The notes: generated by a model not told the origin, from the letters alone. A stretch of 64,000 nucleotides of DNA from Candidatus Kaiserbacteria bacterium (GCA_963699165.1 OY969413.1:141984-205983), one strand, 5' to 3'. Positions 28,163 through 38,149 are shown, counted from the first letter of the stretch. Numbers and translations are program-made.

Positions 28163-28489
28163 TTAAAGGAACGATTCTGCTCTCGTACTTTCCCGCACGC
28201 GGTCAATTATGGCATCGATATGCGGTGCTGCCGCCAGTAGAACCTTTCTTATGATATCGACGGAGACACCCGGGATTATGATTTGGAACATCTGAATTGG
28301 TCCATCTTGTCTCGGATTCCGACTTCCGAGAAATGGAACTGCTTCTCCGTCCTCGAAAACCCAATCTCGTTTCCGGTGATTGACCTTGACCCCGTTCGGA
28401 GTACCAATCGTAACCGAGAAACTTCCGCCTCTGCGGCATAACCAGATTTCGACCGCCGTGTCTGTGTGCGTATGACTCATCTGCATCAA
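28163..28489 (-). CDS. Hypothetical protein
   Basis: 108-aa ORF, no motif. Confidence 0.3.
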   Translation of the reverse strand: MMQMSHTHTDTAVEIWLCRRGGSFSVTIGTPNGVKVNHRKRDWVFEDGEAVPFLGSRNPRQDGPIQMFQIIIPGVSVDIIRKVLLAAAPHIDAIIDRVRESTRAESFL

Positions 28490-28554
28490 TTTCTACCCCG
28501 ATGTATCGACGACCAATCGCGTCTGAGCCGACTATACTACAACCGTCGCATTTG

Positions 28555-29598
28555 TCAGCGACATGTACGCGTCCAGTACTTTTGGCAGTCCCCGACGGTT
28601 AATGTACACACAATATACCGCAAGGGGGACACCATGCCGAGCGACTGGTGCGGGCGTTTGGTGTTGTACCAGATCAGCCAGTCGACAAGCTTCAGATTGA
28701 AGGAATGAATATCGTCCCGCAGCAGGCCCCGATTCAGCATGATGAAGTCCTCGGAGACGGTGCGATTGAATCGTTCGACGTGGGCATTCATCTTGGGAGT
28801 GCGGGGGCGGGTGTGAAAGTGCGTGAGCCCGAGTTCGGCACAGGCATCCTCGAAGTGTTTGGCGAACTCGCTCCCGTTGTCGGTCTGCAACTCGTCGATA
28901 TCGAAGGGGCAAACCTCGATGACTCGGCGAAGGAAGTCGTCCGCGCTTCTCGACGAGTGGTTCGTATACGCGCCCGCAAAGGCGAACTTCCGCTCCACGT
29001 CCACTGCCGTGAGGACGTACCGCTTCACGCCGTCGATGAAGCGGACGACGGTATCGAGCTCCATGCCGCGCTTGCCGGTGCGGCGAAGCTTGGTACGGCG
29101 TTTCTGCGGTGTTTCCGTGTGATTGCCCGTACGTGCGTGGAACGAGAGCCGGCTCTGCTGCGGGAGCAGACCGCGGTTCTTCAAATCCAGAATGACCCGC
29201 CCAACGTATGACTCCGACACGGAGTACCCTTCTTCGCGCAGGAGAACGGCAAGCTTTGCTTTCCCAAGCCGGGGATGCGCCTGTCGTTCGCGGATGATGA
29301 AATCCTCGACCTCGGGCAGAACAGTCCTCCTTCGACGCGCCTTCGGCGCAGTGCTCTTCGGGTCAAGTGCATCAATGCGGCCCTCGTGGGCTTTGAGTTC
29401 CTCCTTCCAGCGATACAAGGTGCGCTCCGAGGTGCCAAAGGCGTCGTATGCGGCCTCCGTCCCGTGCATGTCCCAGAATCCCAATATCTTCACCCGTCTG
29501 TCGACTTCCTTTGGTTTCCGCATATGCCGCAATCGTATCGTCCTTTCCCACATGCTCAACCAGCCCTTCGTACCCCTGAAATTGCTTCTGATGTGCAT
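28555..29598 (-). CDS. IS481-family transposase (copy 3)
   Basis: Same protein; one M-to-H substitution near N-terminus (MHIRSNFRG). Confidence 0.85.
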   Translation of the reverse strand: MHIRSNFRGTKGWLSMWERTIRLRHMRKPKEVDRRVKILGFWDMHGTEAAYDAFGTSERTLYRWKEELKAHEGRIDALDPKSTAPKARRRRTVLPEVEDFIIRERQAHPRLGKAKLAVLLREEGYSVSESYVGRVILDLKNRGLLPQQSRLSFHARTGNHTETPQKRRTKLRRTGKRGMELDTVVRFIDGVKRYVLTAVDVERKFAFAGAYTNHSSRSADDFLRRVIEVCPFDIDELQTDNGSEFAKHFEDACAELGLTHFHTRPRTPKMNAHVERFNRTVSEDFIMLNRGLLRDDIHSFNLKLVDWLIWYNTKRPHQSLGMVSPLRYIVCTLTVGDCQKYWTRTCR

Positions 29599-29643
29599 AT
29601 ATCCTCGGTTATGAGGACTGCCAAATGTATCTGAACTTATGCA
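28564..29643 (-). mobile_element. IS481-family insertion sequence copy 3 (TSD CGACA)
   Basis: CGACA at 28559-28563 and 29644-29648; inserted about 50 bp upstream of tsaC start. Confidence 0.9.
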
Positions 29644-29696
29644 CGACAACGTGTTGGACGCGGGACAATTTCCTCACATCTGATATGTTTTCTGGA

Positions 29697-30242
29697 ATGA
29701 AAGAAGCGGAAATGCTGCTGGAAGGGAAGATGGGCGTGATTCCGACGGATACGATTTACGGGCTTGTTGCGTCGGCGCGCGACGGCGAAGCCGTCGCGCG
29801 CGTCTACACCCTCAAAGGCCGCACGCCCGCAAAGCCCTGTATCATTCTCATTTCTTCGCTTGGCGACCTCGCGGAATTCGGCATCTCGTTGACTCCCGAG
29901 CGCGAAAAAATCCTGTCGGAGTATTGGCCGGGGCCGGTCAGCATCGCGATGAAATGCGGCACTGACGTGCCGGAATATTTACACCGCGGCACGCACACGC
30001 TGGTGTTTCGGTTGCCGAGCGATGATCGGCTTGTTGATTTACTGAAAAAAGCGGGCCCGCTCATTGCGCCGAGCGCAAATCCCGAAGGGCAACCACCCGC
30101 AGCAACAATCGACGAGGCAAAAAAATATTTCGGCGGCAACGTTGACTTTTATGTGGACGGCGGAATTCTTGATGGCGCGCCGTCGACTCTGGTTTCATCG
30201 GACGAGCAAAACACGATTGCTGTTTTGCGCAAAGGCAGATAA
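29697..30242 (+). CDS. tsaC: L-threonylcarbamoyladenylate synthase (TsaC/YrdC/Sua5 family)
   Basis: VIPTDTIYGLVASA ... KGRTPAKPCIILI ... WPGPVSIAMK ... PSANPEGQPP = YrdC motifs. Confidence 0.8.
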   Translation: MKEAEMLLEGKMGVIPTDTIYGLVASARDGEAVARVYTLKGRTPAKPCIILISSLGDLAEFGISLTPEREKILSEYWPGPVSIAMKCGTDVPEYLHRGTHTLVFRLPSDDRLVDLLKKAGPLIAPSANPEGQPPAATIDEAKKYFGGNVDFYVDGGILDGAPSTLVSSDEQNTIAVLRKGR

Positions 30243-30263
30243 TCGTTTTCTGGACAAAAAGTC

Positions 30264-30297
30264 AGCCCCGTCGCAGTACGAGGGGCCTAACTTTTTG
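30264..30297 (+). terminator. Terminator after tsaC
   Basis: GCCCCGtcgcagtacgaGGGGC then CTTTTTGC. Confidence 0.5.
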
Positions 30298-30308
30298 CTT
30301 CCACATTT

Positions 30309-30785
30309 TTAATTGAATCGGCAGCTTTTGAATACGCTGCCCATGCCATGTCGGATTTCACCCCGTTCCCAGTCAAGGAAAATGAAGAATTCCAAGAACT
30401 TCAATAGAACCGGTGACTCCAGATGCAATTGGTAAAGAAAGATCTCTTGTGTGAGGTTTGCCAGTTCATGCCAGGGCTGATAGCGGCAAGTTTCGATTGC
30501 TCCCTCGCACGAATGTTTTTGAGTTTCGAGCAATTCCGCCAGAAATAAATACAGTTTTCCGGATACCCGACACCCATGGCCGGTCGCGTTTATTGGAATC
30601 GAACCGTAGGGGATGCTTTTCAATCTCCATAAGAAGTTCAAAAAATTCTTCCTATCCTCTGCCGAATAATTTTGCACAAACGCTCCTGTTTCGAAAGATT
30701 TGGAGATGTACTCTCCATGAGAATACCCTATCACCCGAGGGCCGGCAGGTCTATCGTTCGTGTGCATACCGAAAAGCTGCCGCAC
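30309..30785 (-). CDS. Hypothetical protein (last gene of the HD-hydrolase operon)
   Basis: 158-aa ORF; Cys/His residues but no assignable family. Confidence 0.35.
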   Translation of the reverse strand: MRQLFGMHTNDRPAGPRVIGYSHGEYISKSFETGAFVQNYSAEDRKNFLNFLWRLKSIPYGSIPINATGHGCRVSGKLYLFLAELLETQKHSCEGAIETCRYQPWHELANLTQEIFLYQLHLESPVLLKFLEFFIFLDWERGEIRHGMGSVFKSCRFN

Positions 30786-30812
30786 CGGGAAGGACGGCAG
30801 CTTCGAACATCT

Positions 30813-31070
30813 TTATCGCCGCGGCGATTCTTCTGCCAGCGGTTCGGGCAAGGGCCGCACCATGTAGAGTTCCGAACATTCCATAACCCGCTGGCCGATC
30901 ATAATCCGAAGCGGCGGACCCCATTCTCCCGAAGGGTTTGGACAACGGTCGTTTTCATCGATGATGTCTCCCGGAACAAGCATGATTCCGTACAGAACTG
31001 CGCCGCTGCGGTGATGGAAATGTTTCGTCGGTTTGAGCACGCACGCCTCCTCGATGCGATGGAATCCCAA
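30813..31070 (-). CDS. Small cupin-like protein
   Basis: KHFHHRSGAVLYGIMLVPGD and later GPPLRIMIGQRVMECSELYMVRP resemble cupin motifs 1 and 2; assignment weak. Confidence 0.3.
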   Translation of the reverse strand: MGFHRIEEACVLKPTKHFHHRSGAVLYGIMLVPGDIIDENDRCPNPSGEWGPPLRIMIGQRVMECSELYMVRPLPEPLAEESPRR

Positions 31071-31193
31071 AATGGGTAAAAAACTTCCGAATACGATTAT
31101 GCCGCAAGCCCAATGAATTTATTTTGAAATTGTCGGTATAAAAACAGAAAGCCCGCTGCGAAGCAGGGGACCTTCTGCTCGCGGCGGGCTGTC

Positions 31194-31757
31194 TTAAAAT
31201 CCTTCGTCTTCGATGCTTTCTGGATATTCAATCTCGGCTGCTATAGAGGGAGCTTTCCCTATTTGTTGCTCCTGTGTATCCACAAGAACCGCAATATGAA
31301 GATGGTCTCTTGCCTCTGCCGACGTTGCGTACGGGACGGTCAGTATCTGGCGATGGCATTTCTTGCCGGCCATGACGTTCTTAAAAACCACGAACGCAGT
31401 GATGTGTGCATCGATTTGACCGATGTTATAGACAGGGAACGGTTTGCACGCCTCGTTATCCCTGAATTTTGGCGTCCCGAGTGGCGGGACCACGACGATC
31501 TCCGTTAGGAGAAACAGCGCCGCAAGAAATGCGGAATTCATACACGCCTCCTCGGAACCATGTTCCACCACAAAACTATCACCTTGTCCCGCTTTATACA
31601 ATGGTCCAGAGTGCACAACTTTTTCGGATGCTACACTCTGCGCATGTTCATACAAGCCGTCAGAATTTTTCTTTTCATACTTATCATCGTCGGCATCGGA
31701 CTTTTGTGTACGCAAAATCTTTGGGTGCCGGGATTGGTGAATTGGATTTTGGCGCAT
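31194..31757 (-). CDS. Hypothetical protein (187 aa)
   Basis: ORF 31194..31946 trimmed to MRQNP start to avoid overlap with upstream HD gene. Confidence 0.35.
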   Translation of the reverse strand: MRQNPIHQSRHPKILRTQKSDADDDKYEKKNSDGLYEHAQSVASEKVVHSGPLYKAGQGDSFVVEHGSEEACMNSAFLAALFLLTEIVVVPPLGTPKFRDNEACKPFPVYNIGQIDAHITAFVVFKNVMAGKKCHRQILTVPYATSAEARDHLHIAVLVDTQEQQIGKAPSIAAEIEYPESIEDEGF

Positions 31758-31797
31758 TAAGTATTCCCAAAAAAAGACGCCCGCAGGTTGCGGGCGT

Positions 31798-32427
31798 TTA
31801 GGAAACCGGCTTGCCGTCCGGTCGCCACTCAGCCATTGCTTCGTGGATTTTCTCTTCGATAATATTTGCGTACGAACGCCACGGCTCGCCGTGTTCCCGC
31901 AGTGCGGGAATGAGGATTGGCAGATGGAACGCCATCGTTTCCTCAAGCTGATCTGACCTTTTTTGTTCAGTGCAGCCGTAAAGCGTGCGAAGGTTGTGCA
32001 AACGGTCGCACAACTTCGCGAGAATCGCTATCGGTCCCGCGGCCACGATTCTGCCAAGATATTTCTCGGTAGTTTCTTTCCCTCGGGGCAATTTCGTAAG
32101 CGCGACCACATACAAAGCGATTTCTTTGCCGAAATTAAGCGCAATTCTGTATGGCGACATCAAATCGGCATTTTCCTCGATGTCATGCAACAAGATCGTG
32201 ATTGCCACATCGGGATCACGACCATTCAGCTCGTAAGTATAGATCCACGTGGCCGACTTCGGATGGTCGAAATACCTGCTTCCGTCATCTCGCGTTTGTT
32301 GCGCATGGCCATGTTTCGAAACGATGTAAGCATATCTGATGCGCTCGAAGTCGGCCGGGTCGAGCAGTGCAAACGGCGCAAGGAAGAGTTCACGTCCGGG
32401 AGGACGTGGTCGAGGATTATCTCTCAC
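31798..32427 (-). CDS. HD-domain (p)ppGpp-hydrolase-like protein (small alarmone hydrolase, RelA/SpoT HD family)
   Basis: SKHGHAQQTRDDGSRYFDHP ... LLHDIEEN ... KLCDRLHNLRTL mirror the SpoT hydrolase H..H(x)nHD..ED and downstream motifs; no synthetase domain. Confidence 0.65.
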   Translation of the reverse strand: MRDNPRPRPPGRELFLAPFALLDPADFERIRYAYIVSKHGHAQQTRDDGSRYFDHPKSATWIYTYELNGRDPDVAITILLHDIEENADLMSPYRIALNFGKEIALYVVALTKLPRGKETTEKYLGRIVAAGPIAILAKLCDRLHNLRTLYGCTEQKRSDQLEETMAFHLPILIPALREHGEPWRSYANIIEEKIHEAMAEWRPDGKPVS

Positions 32428-32566
32428 GATTCGTCTCCTTTCGTGAAAAGGTCAAATGCTGCTTCAAATAACGCTCCGGCGGTAATAAATCATTAAATCG
32501 AAGAACAGTCAATCGTCGTCTCCGTCTCCGCACCAAAGAATCGGCAAATTCGTATATACTCCCAAC

Positions 32567-33502
32567 ATGCCATCGCTATCCGTCGTCGTGCCGGTCTACA
32601 ACGAGGAGAAAAATGTGAGAGATTTGCACGCGGAAATCGTCGCCACGCTTCGGCATTTGAAATACAAGAGCGAAATTATTTTCGTGAACGACGGCAGCAC
32701 CGACGGAACTCTCGCTGCGCTGAAGTCGCTCAAAGGCGTCACCATTCTCAATCTCAATCGCAATTACGGGCAGGCAACGGCGCTCGACGCGGGCTTTAAG
32801 GCGGCGGAAGGCGACGTCATCGTGTCGCTCGACGGTGACGGGCAAAATGACCCGCGCGACATCCCGCTGCTCGTACATGCCCTCGAAGAAAAGCACGTCG
32901 ATGTCATCGCCGGATGGCGCAAAAATCGGAAGGATGAAGCGGACATCCGCATGCTTACGCGCATCGGCCGGCAGTTGCGGAAATCGTTTATCAGCGACCC
33001 GATTCACGATTCGGGCTGCACGCTCCGCGCATACACGAACGAGGCGGTGAAAAGTTTGGACATCGGCGGCGAGATGCACCGCTACATTCTCGCGCTATTG
33101 CGCTGGAAGGGTTTTAGCATTGCGGAAGTCGAGGTGAATCACCGCGAACGTGTGAACGGCGTAAGCAAATACAATTCGCAAAAAGCGGCACGCGGATTTA
33201 TCGACTTACTGTATATATGGTTCATTCATAAATATTCCCAGCGGCCGCTGCATTTGTTCGGCTATTTGAGCTTCTTTTCATTTTTCTGCGGCATTCTTGC
33301 GGCGGCGTGGACGCTCTACAATTCCATCTATTTGGGCATTCACTTCGCCCGCGACGTCTGGGTTGTCGTCGCATTCTTTTTCTTTCTTTCGGCCATGCTG
33401 TTTTTTTGCTTCGGCATCGTCATCGATTTGCTCATCCGCATCCATCTCAACATTTCTCCGTACGAGAAGCGGTATTACATCCGTGATACGATAAAAACAT
33501 AA
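32567..33502 (+). CDS. GT2-family polyprenyl-phosphate sugar transferase (ArnC/DPM1-like)
   Basis: SVVVPVYNEEKN ... FVNDGSTDGT ... SLDGDGQNDP plus two C-terminal TM helices. Confidence 0.8.
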   Translation: MPSLSVVVPVYNEEKNVRDLHAEIVATLRHLKYKSEIIFVNDGSTDGTLAALKSLKGVTILNLNRNYGQATALDAGFKAAEGDVIVSLDGDGQNDPRDIPLLVHALEEKHVDVIAGWRKNRKDEADIRMLTRIGRQLRKSFISDPIHDSGCTLRAYTNEAVKSLDIGGEMHRYILALLRWKGFSIAEVEVNHRERVNGVSKYNSQKAARGFIDLLYIWFIHKYSQRPLHLFGYLSFFSFFCGILAAAWTLYNSIYLGIHFARDVWVVVAFFFFLSAMLFFCFGIVIDLLIRIHLNISPYEKRYYIRDTIKT

Positions 33503-33503
33503 T

Positions 33504-33752
33504 ATGCAACTCGATTACGTCTGGCTGTTCATCGGATTCTTGGGACAGGGCATTTTCTTTTTGCGGTTCATCGTGCAGTGGTGGATGTCCGAAAAGGAGA
33601 AAAAAGTCGTCATCCCGAAAAGTTTTTGGTATTTGAGCATCGCGGGCACGATTGTCATCCTCGTTTATTCGATTCACATACATGACATCGTTTTCATCAC
33701 CGCGCAAGTACTTTCGCTGTTTATCTATGTCCGTAACATGTCGTTTGCGTAG
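33504..33752 (+). CDS. Small membrane protein, lipid-A-biosynthesis N-terminal (LAB_N) domain type
   Basis: 82 aa, 3 TM, start 2 bp after GT2 stop; this family is typically coupled to ArnC-like GT2 genes. Confidence 0.5.
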   Translation: MQLDYVWLFIGFLGQGIFFLRFIVQWWMSEKEKKVVIPKSFWYLSIAGTIVILVYSIHIHDIVFITAQVLSLFIYVRNMSFA

Positions 33753-35186
33753 TCAGAGCGTCTGAAAAAGCGTGACCTGAGTTCCCGCATAGAGCGTCTT
33801 GAAAGCGGCGTCCGGAAAATCTTTAGAAAGCGTGCTCGTGGCATCGGAGCCGACGACGAGGAAACTTCCGCTTTCCGGTTTGTAGCCCGGCTCCAAATCA
33901 AGCGCGTGTAAATTTTGGCCGTAAAACTTTATGTCGCCGAGATTGTCTTCCTTGTAAATGTAGAGCGGCGCCGTTCCTTCGCGGTCGGCGAGCGTTTGTC
34001 CGACGATTTTCTCTTCGTTCGCGAGCTGCAGCTCGGTCGAATAATACGGATTGATGTGATACGCGTTGTATACGCAAAACGGCACGGCGTACGCAACGAG
34101 AATGACGGCGGCGAGCGCCGGGATGAAGCGGGTTTGCTGAAGTGAAAAAAGTTTTGAGGCAACAACGCCGACGGCGAGCGCTGCAAAAGGATACAATGGA
34201 ACGAGATACGTCGGCGCTTTGGTGACGGCGCCGAAATAGACGGCGACCATAGAAACGATTGTGCCAAGAAATGCAACGACAGCCGCGCGTTCATTTTTTT
34301 GGCTCTTGTTCCACCAAAAAGGTATCGAAGCAAGCGCGGCAAAAAAAACCCATAGCCACGGCGCGGCAAATTGGCCGAGATACGAAATGTAATCGCCATT
34401 CGTAATGGTGACGGTCCAGAAAAGATTCTGCTGCGCGCGGGCGATGACCTCCGTGCCGATGTAGCTTTGCCAGAACGCGTTTCCAAAGCGCAGCGTTTCG
34501 TATATATGCCAGGGCAGAACGACAAGGAGAAAGACACCGATACCTACCCAAAAATATTTGTTTTTAAGCCAATCGAATCGTCGGAGAAAAAGGGCGATAC
34601 AGAGGGCGAATACGCCTGCGAACACGGCGATGACGCTTTTCGAAAGGACGGCAAGTCCCGCCGCAAATCCGAAAAGCAAGAACCAGCGAGGATTGGCGAG
34701 CGCGCGGAAGAAAAAATATGCCGTAAGCACGATGAACAGCGAAACGAGCACGTCGAATCGCGACTCGCGCGCCGTTTCGAGAAAGGGCGCCGTGGTCGCA
34801 AGCGCCGCGCCCGCAAGCGCCGCGCCGTACCAATTTCCCGAAACCTCATACGCAAAGAGCATGGCAACCGCGATGAGTGCAATGCCCGCAAGTGCCGACG
34901 GGAGCCGCGCCGCCGCTTCGACGCTCGGCGTCAATTCTTCCGACACGCCGATAAGCCAGAAAAGAAGAGGCGGTTTTTTGAAATACGGCTGATGGTTGTA
35001 GGTGAAGGAAAGGAAATCGTGATTTACAAACGCTTCGTGAACCACTTCCGCATAGGTCGCCTCGTCGTAATCCTGAAGGGGCTCTCGTCCGAGATGGTAC
35101 AAAAAAAGTACGGACGCGCCGAGCAAAACGAACGCAGCGAGCGTTATGCCGAGTGTTTCGCGAACATCCATTCCGGTATGAGCCAT
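33753..35186 (-). CDS. ArnT/PMT-like polyprenyl-phosphate-dependent glycosyltransferase (GT39/GT83 fold)
   Basis: Multi-TM; DEATYAEVVHEAFVNHDFLSFTYNHQPYFKKPPLLFWL (DE motif and periplasmic loop 1 of PMT_2/ArnT). Start taken at MAHTG; ORF track extends to 35369. Confidence 0.7.
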   Translation of the reverse strand: MAHTGMDVRETLGITLAAFVLLGASVLFLYHLGREPLQDYDEATYAEVVHEAFVNHDFLSFTYNHQPYFKKPPLLFWLIGVSEELTPSVEAAARLPSALAGIALIAVAMLFAYEVSGNWYGAALAGAALATTAPFLETARESRFDVLVSLFIVLTAYFFFRALANPRWFLLFGFAAGLAVLSKSVIAVFAGVFALCIALFLRRFDWLKNKYFWVGIGVFLLVVLPWHIYETLRFGNAFWQSYIGTEVIARAQQNLFWTVTITNGDYISYLGQFAAPWLWVFFAALASIPFWWNKSQKNERAAVVAFLGTIVSMVAVYFGAVTKAPTYLVPLYPFAALAVGVVASKLFSLQQTRFIPALAAVILVAYAVPFCVYNAYHINPYYSTELQLANEEKIVGQTLADREGTAPLYIYKEDNLGDIKFYGQNLHALDLEPGYKPESGSFLVVGSDATSTLSKDFPDAAFKTLYAGTQVTLFQTL

Positions 35187-35957
35187 TGCGTTTGAGTATA
35201 CCGCGACGGCGATTGGGGCAGCAGTATCGCCTAAAAAAATTGAAGAGCGGTGGAATCGGATTCCACCGCTCTGTTGCTGTCTGCAGCCGTCTCCTGCTCT
35301 TATGCCTCCGTGCAACGGAGAATTTGCCGGAAGCCGAGGCCCATGTCCCTCACGGGTTTGCAACCTCAAATGAGGCGTTTCGTTTATCGCACGTTCATGC
35401 TAACACAACGCGGGAAGTTTGCATGAAGTTTTCAACGATGAAAAATGTCCGGGTGCCGTGCAAAAGAAAGAATCGCCCGACGTGTCGAGCCATTCTTTAG
35501 GGTGTGTTTGTGCGAATTAGTAATCCGCCCATCGCCCCCCGTTTAACTCAAAGAACTTCTCCTGCCGCTCAGCTTCCTTTGTAGCCAGAGCGAAGAGATG
35601 CGATCGGAAATCTTCATCGGGCGGGTTTAGAGAATCGCGAGGGAAGTTTCCGATGTCTCTTCGGACGGTTAACAATCTCAGGCGATCGTCGCACGATGGC
35701 CGCTCGGGCGGACTTGCTATTATGGCGAGCAGATTTTGTGCCAGTGATGCAAGCAGGGGGTCCGTACCCCTTCAATTCTCCTTTCCGGCCCTGCCTGTTC
35801 AAAGAAGTATCATCAAATGCCGTGCCAGTCCAATTTTTAGTCGCGCACCTTAGGGCTGAAGGGATGATTACGGTATATCTTTCGTAGCATAACAAATATT
35901 ACGTCAAATGCTTGACTTTTCGGGCGGGAGGTTTATGGTGATGAGCGGACCCACAAA

Positions 35958-37018
35958 GGCACCCAAACCCCTCAATTCGAACGACGGTTTTTTGCGCTCC
36001 TCTGAGCGCGTTGTTTCTTTTCCGCAGCATACGCCTCATCTGGCGTGAGTGAACCGAGCACATCCATGAAGCGGCGATTCATCTTTGCTTCGAGTTTCTG
36101 CACAAATCTTTTTGAATACTTTGAAATATCCGAGCTTTTCGGGATGTACCGCCGCAAGTCCTTGTTCAGATTCTCGATTGATGGCTTCTCCCATGGCGCA
36201 TGCACATGACAGAAATATATCTTCACCCCAAGCACCTTCTCTAGCCGTTTGTGTTCGAGAAAGAGAATATCGTTGTCGAATGTGATGGTCTGCATCTCGG
36301 GATACCGCTTTTTCATTCTGCGAAGCGCTCGCTCCACGTTTCGCACTGACACTGGCAGGATCCGCTCCAGCAGGTTTTTGCGCACCCTGCGATCCCGCAG
36401 ACCAAGAATGATGCCTTGACCGCTCTTGCCCGACACGATGAAGTCGCCCTCCATGTGACCCAATCCCCATCGCTTGTTGATTTTGCTCGGTCGTTTGTCG
36501 ATCAGGCGCTTGTCGGCAATGTGTGGTTTCGATGGCCGAGAGCGTCGCCTCTTCTTGAATACCTTTGCTCGATGCGACTCGATCCGTCTGCCATACGGGC
36601 TCTTGATATATCGGCGTATAGCCGAGGATGAAGCATATCCGATATCCTTCTCGATCCGCTTCAATCGAAGTGAGATGTTTTCGGGCGACTGATCGTCGAA
36701 GAGATGCGCCTCGATGAACTTCCGGAGCTTCGGGTCGAGAGCAATCATCTTGCCGACCGCTCGGCTGTATTTCCTTCGTACGTATGAAATGTGATGCGCA
36801 TATGCAGCATCATACGGCCGTCCCTTCCTCTTCTTTTGCGTCTCGTACCATATGACACTCTTCGGTCGGTCGAGTGCATCTCCGACATCTTGCAAAGAGT
36901 ATCCCTTCGCTAACAGTATCTGTATTTCGTCTCGTTCGGACCTTGTGAAGTGCGCACCGCCGGAGGTTTTTTCATTCGCTCAATGTATCAAACGTTCGAA
37001 TTCAAAAGACCAGTCGCC
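35958..37018 (-). mobile_element. IS30-family insertion sequence copy B (TSD AAA on plus strand)
   Basis: AAA at 35955-57 and 37019-21; inverted relative to copy A. Confidence 0.85.
35972..36895 (-). CDS. IS30-family transposase (copy B)
   Basis: Same 307-aa protein with one K/V substitution (RAKVFKK). Confidence 0.9.
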   Translation of the reverse strand: MQDVGDALDRPKSVIWYETQKKRKGRPYDAAYAHHISYVRRKYSRAVGKMIALDPKLRKFIEAHLFDDQSPENISLRLKRIEKDIGYASSSAIRRYIKSPYGRRIESHRAKVFKKRRRSRPSKPHIADKRLIDKRPSKINKRWGLGHMEGDFIVSGKSGQGIILGLRDRRVRKNLLERILPVSVRNVERALRRMKKRYPEMQTITFDNDILFLEHKRLEKVLGVKIYFCHVHAPWEKPSIENLNKDLRRYIPKSSDISKYSKRFVQKLEAKMNRRFMDVLGSLTPDEAYAAEKKQRAQRSAKNRRSN

Positions 37019-37064
37019 AAATGCCGGATCCTTTCCGGCTATCTTTTGACAGGAAGGAATCAGA

Positions 37065-37904
37065 ATGAACTTCGGGAAAGTAGGGAAAGCCCTGGCGTTG
37101 GCCGCGCTGGCTGCAATGCTCGCCCAGCCGGCGCTCGCATGCAAAACCCAACCGCCTTCGCACGGCGGCACCGTGAACAACGGCGGCCAAGGTGGCGAGG
37201 GCGGACAGGGCGGGCAAGGTGGCACGGGCATCGGGTACGGTGGCGCTGGCGGAGCCGGTGGTGCCGGAGGGAACGGGTACGGAGGCGAGGGTGGAAACGG
37301 GTATGGTGGGAGCTCCTCATCATCCTCTTCTTCCTTAGCGACGGGAGGAAGCGCGAACGCGGCAGGTGGTTCGGCAACCCTGTACGGCGGTTCGTATATC
37401 CAGATCCCCAACTTCCCTCAAGCACCCGGCGGTTGCGCAGGTTCAGACACCGTGTCGGTACAGGGCGGAGTCATGGGGAGTACGGGCATCGGGACCCAAC
37501 CCGTGCCGTACGGAGGTGTTGCCTGGTCCAAAACGTTCAACGGCCCAAAAATGACTCCGGAGCTGTGCGCAAACCGCACCATTGTGTATGTGACGAACAA
37601 CTATACGATGCCTCCGGCAGCCCCGGCGCCGGAAGCCAAGGTCGTGTTCGTTCCGATCACGCGGGAGAAGGTCGTGTATGTGCATGACACGAACTGCCCA
37701 GCACTGGTTGCATATCCAGAGTTGGCCGCCGACAAGGCACAGATCTACGGTCTCGCCAAATCGCATCGATACTGGAATCATGCCGATTTGGTAGCAGTGA
37801 CACGGCTGTGGAAGCACGGCTACATATGCGGGGTCAGCCTGCTCAAGATCATCGATGATTCCAAAGCTCTCGCATCCTATCTGGATCAGCACCCGATCCA
37901 GTAG
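37065..37904 (+). CDS. Secreted glycine-rich protein (GGQGGEGG / GYGG repeats, poly-Ser) with Cys-containing C-terminal domain
   Basis: Signal peptide MNFGKVGKALALAALAAMLAQPALA; low-complexity Gly block; antisense ORF 36980..37411 is a Pro-rich shadow. Confidence 0.55.
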   Translation: MNFGKVGKALALAALAAMLAQPALACKTQPPSHGGTVNNGGQGGEGGQGGQGGTGIGYGGAGGAGGAGGNGYGGEGGNGYGGSSSSSSSSLATGGSANAAGGSATLYGGSYIQIPNFPQAPGGCAGSDTVSVQGGVMGSTGIGTQPVPYGGVAWSKTFNGPKMTPELCANRTIVYVTNNYTMPPAAPAPEAKVVFVPITREKVVYVHDTNCPALVAYPELAADKAQIYGLAKSHRYWNHADLVAVTRLWKHGYICGVSLLKIIDDSKALASYLDQHPIQ

Positions 37905-37919
37905 CAGGCCCCACGTCCG

Positions 37920-37975
37920 CGGGCGGGTTCCATTCCGATGGAACCCGCCCGCCCGGCGGGGTTTTTTGTTTTATC
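37920..37975 (+). terminator. Strong terminator
   Basis: GCGGGCGGGTTCCATtccgATGGAACCCGCCCGCC then GGGGTTTTTTGTTTT. Confidence 0.65.
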
Positions 37976-38149
37976 GAGCAACACTATTTTGTAACAAGCC
38001 GCCCGATGCCGCGTCTATTGTGTCGGGCGCAAGGCGCGCACAGCTTCGCCGTTGCATTGCAGAAACTATAACGGCATACTTATGCTGCGAAGCCGTGTCG
38101 CCCTTGCGCTTCGCATTTATCAGCGTCAATACCGTAATCATTACAGCGC

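Noticed and set aside
26539-37018. Composite transposon formed by inverted IS30 copies A and B
   Set aside because: Each copy carries its own 3-bp target duplication (CGC vs AAA), indicating separate insertions rather than one mobilised unit.
37190-37330. Short direct nucleotide repeats (ggcggacagggcgggcaaggtggc...) as a possible CRISPR-like or tandem-repeat array
   Set aside because: They are in frame within a signal-peptide-bearing ORF and encode a Gly-rich low-complexity segment. No spacer-repeat periodicity.
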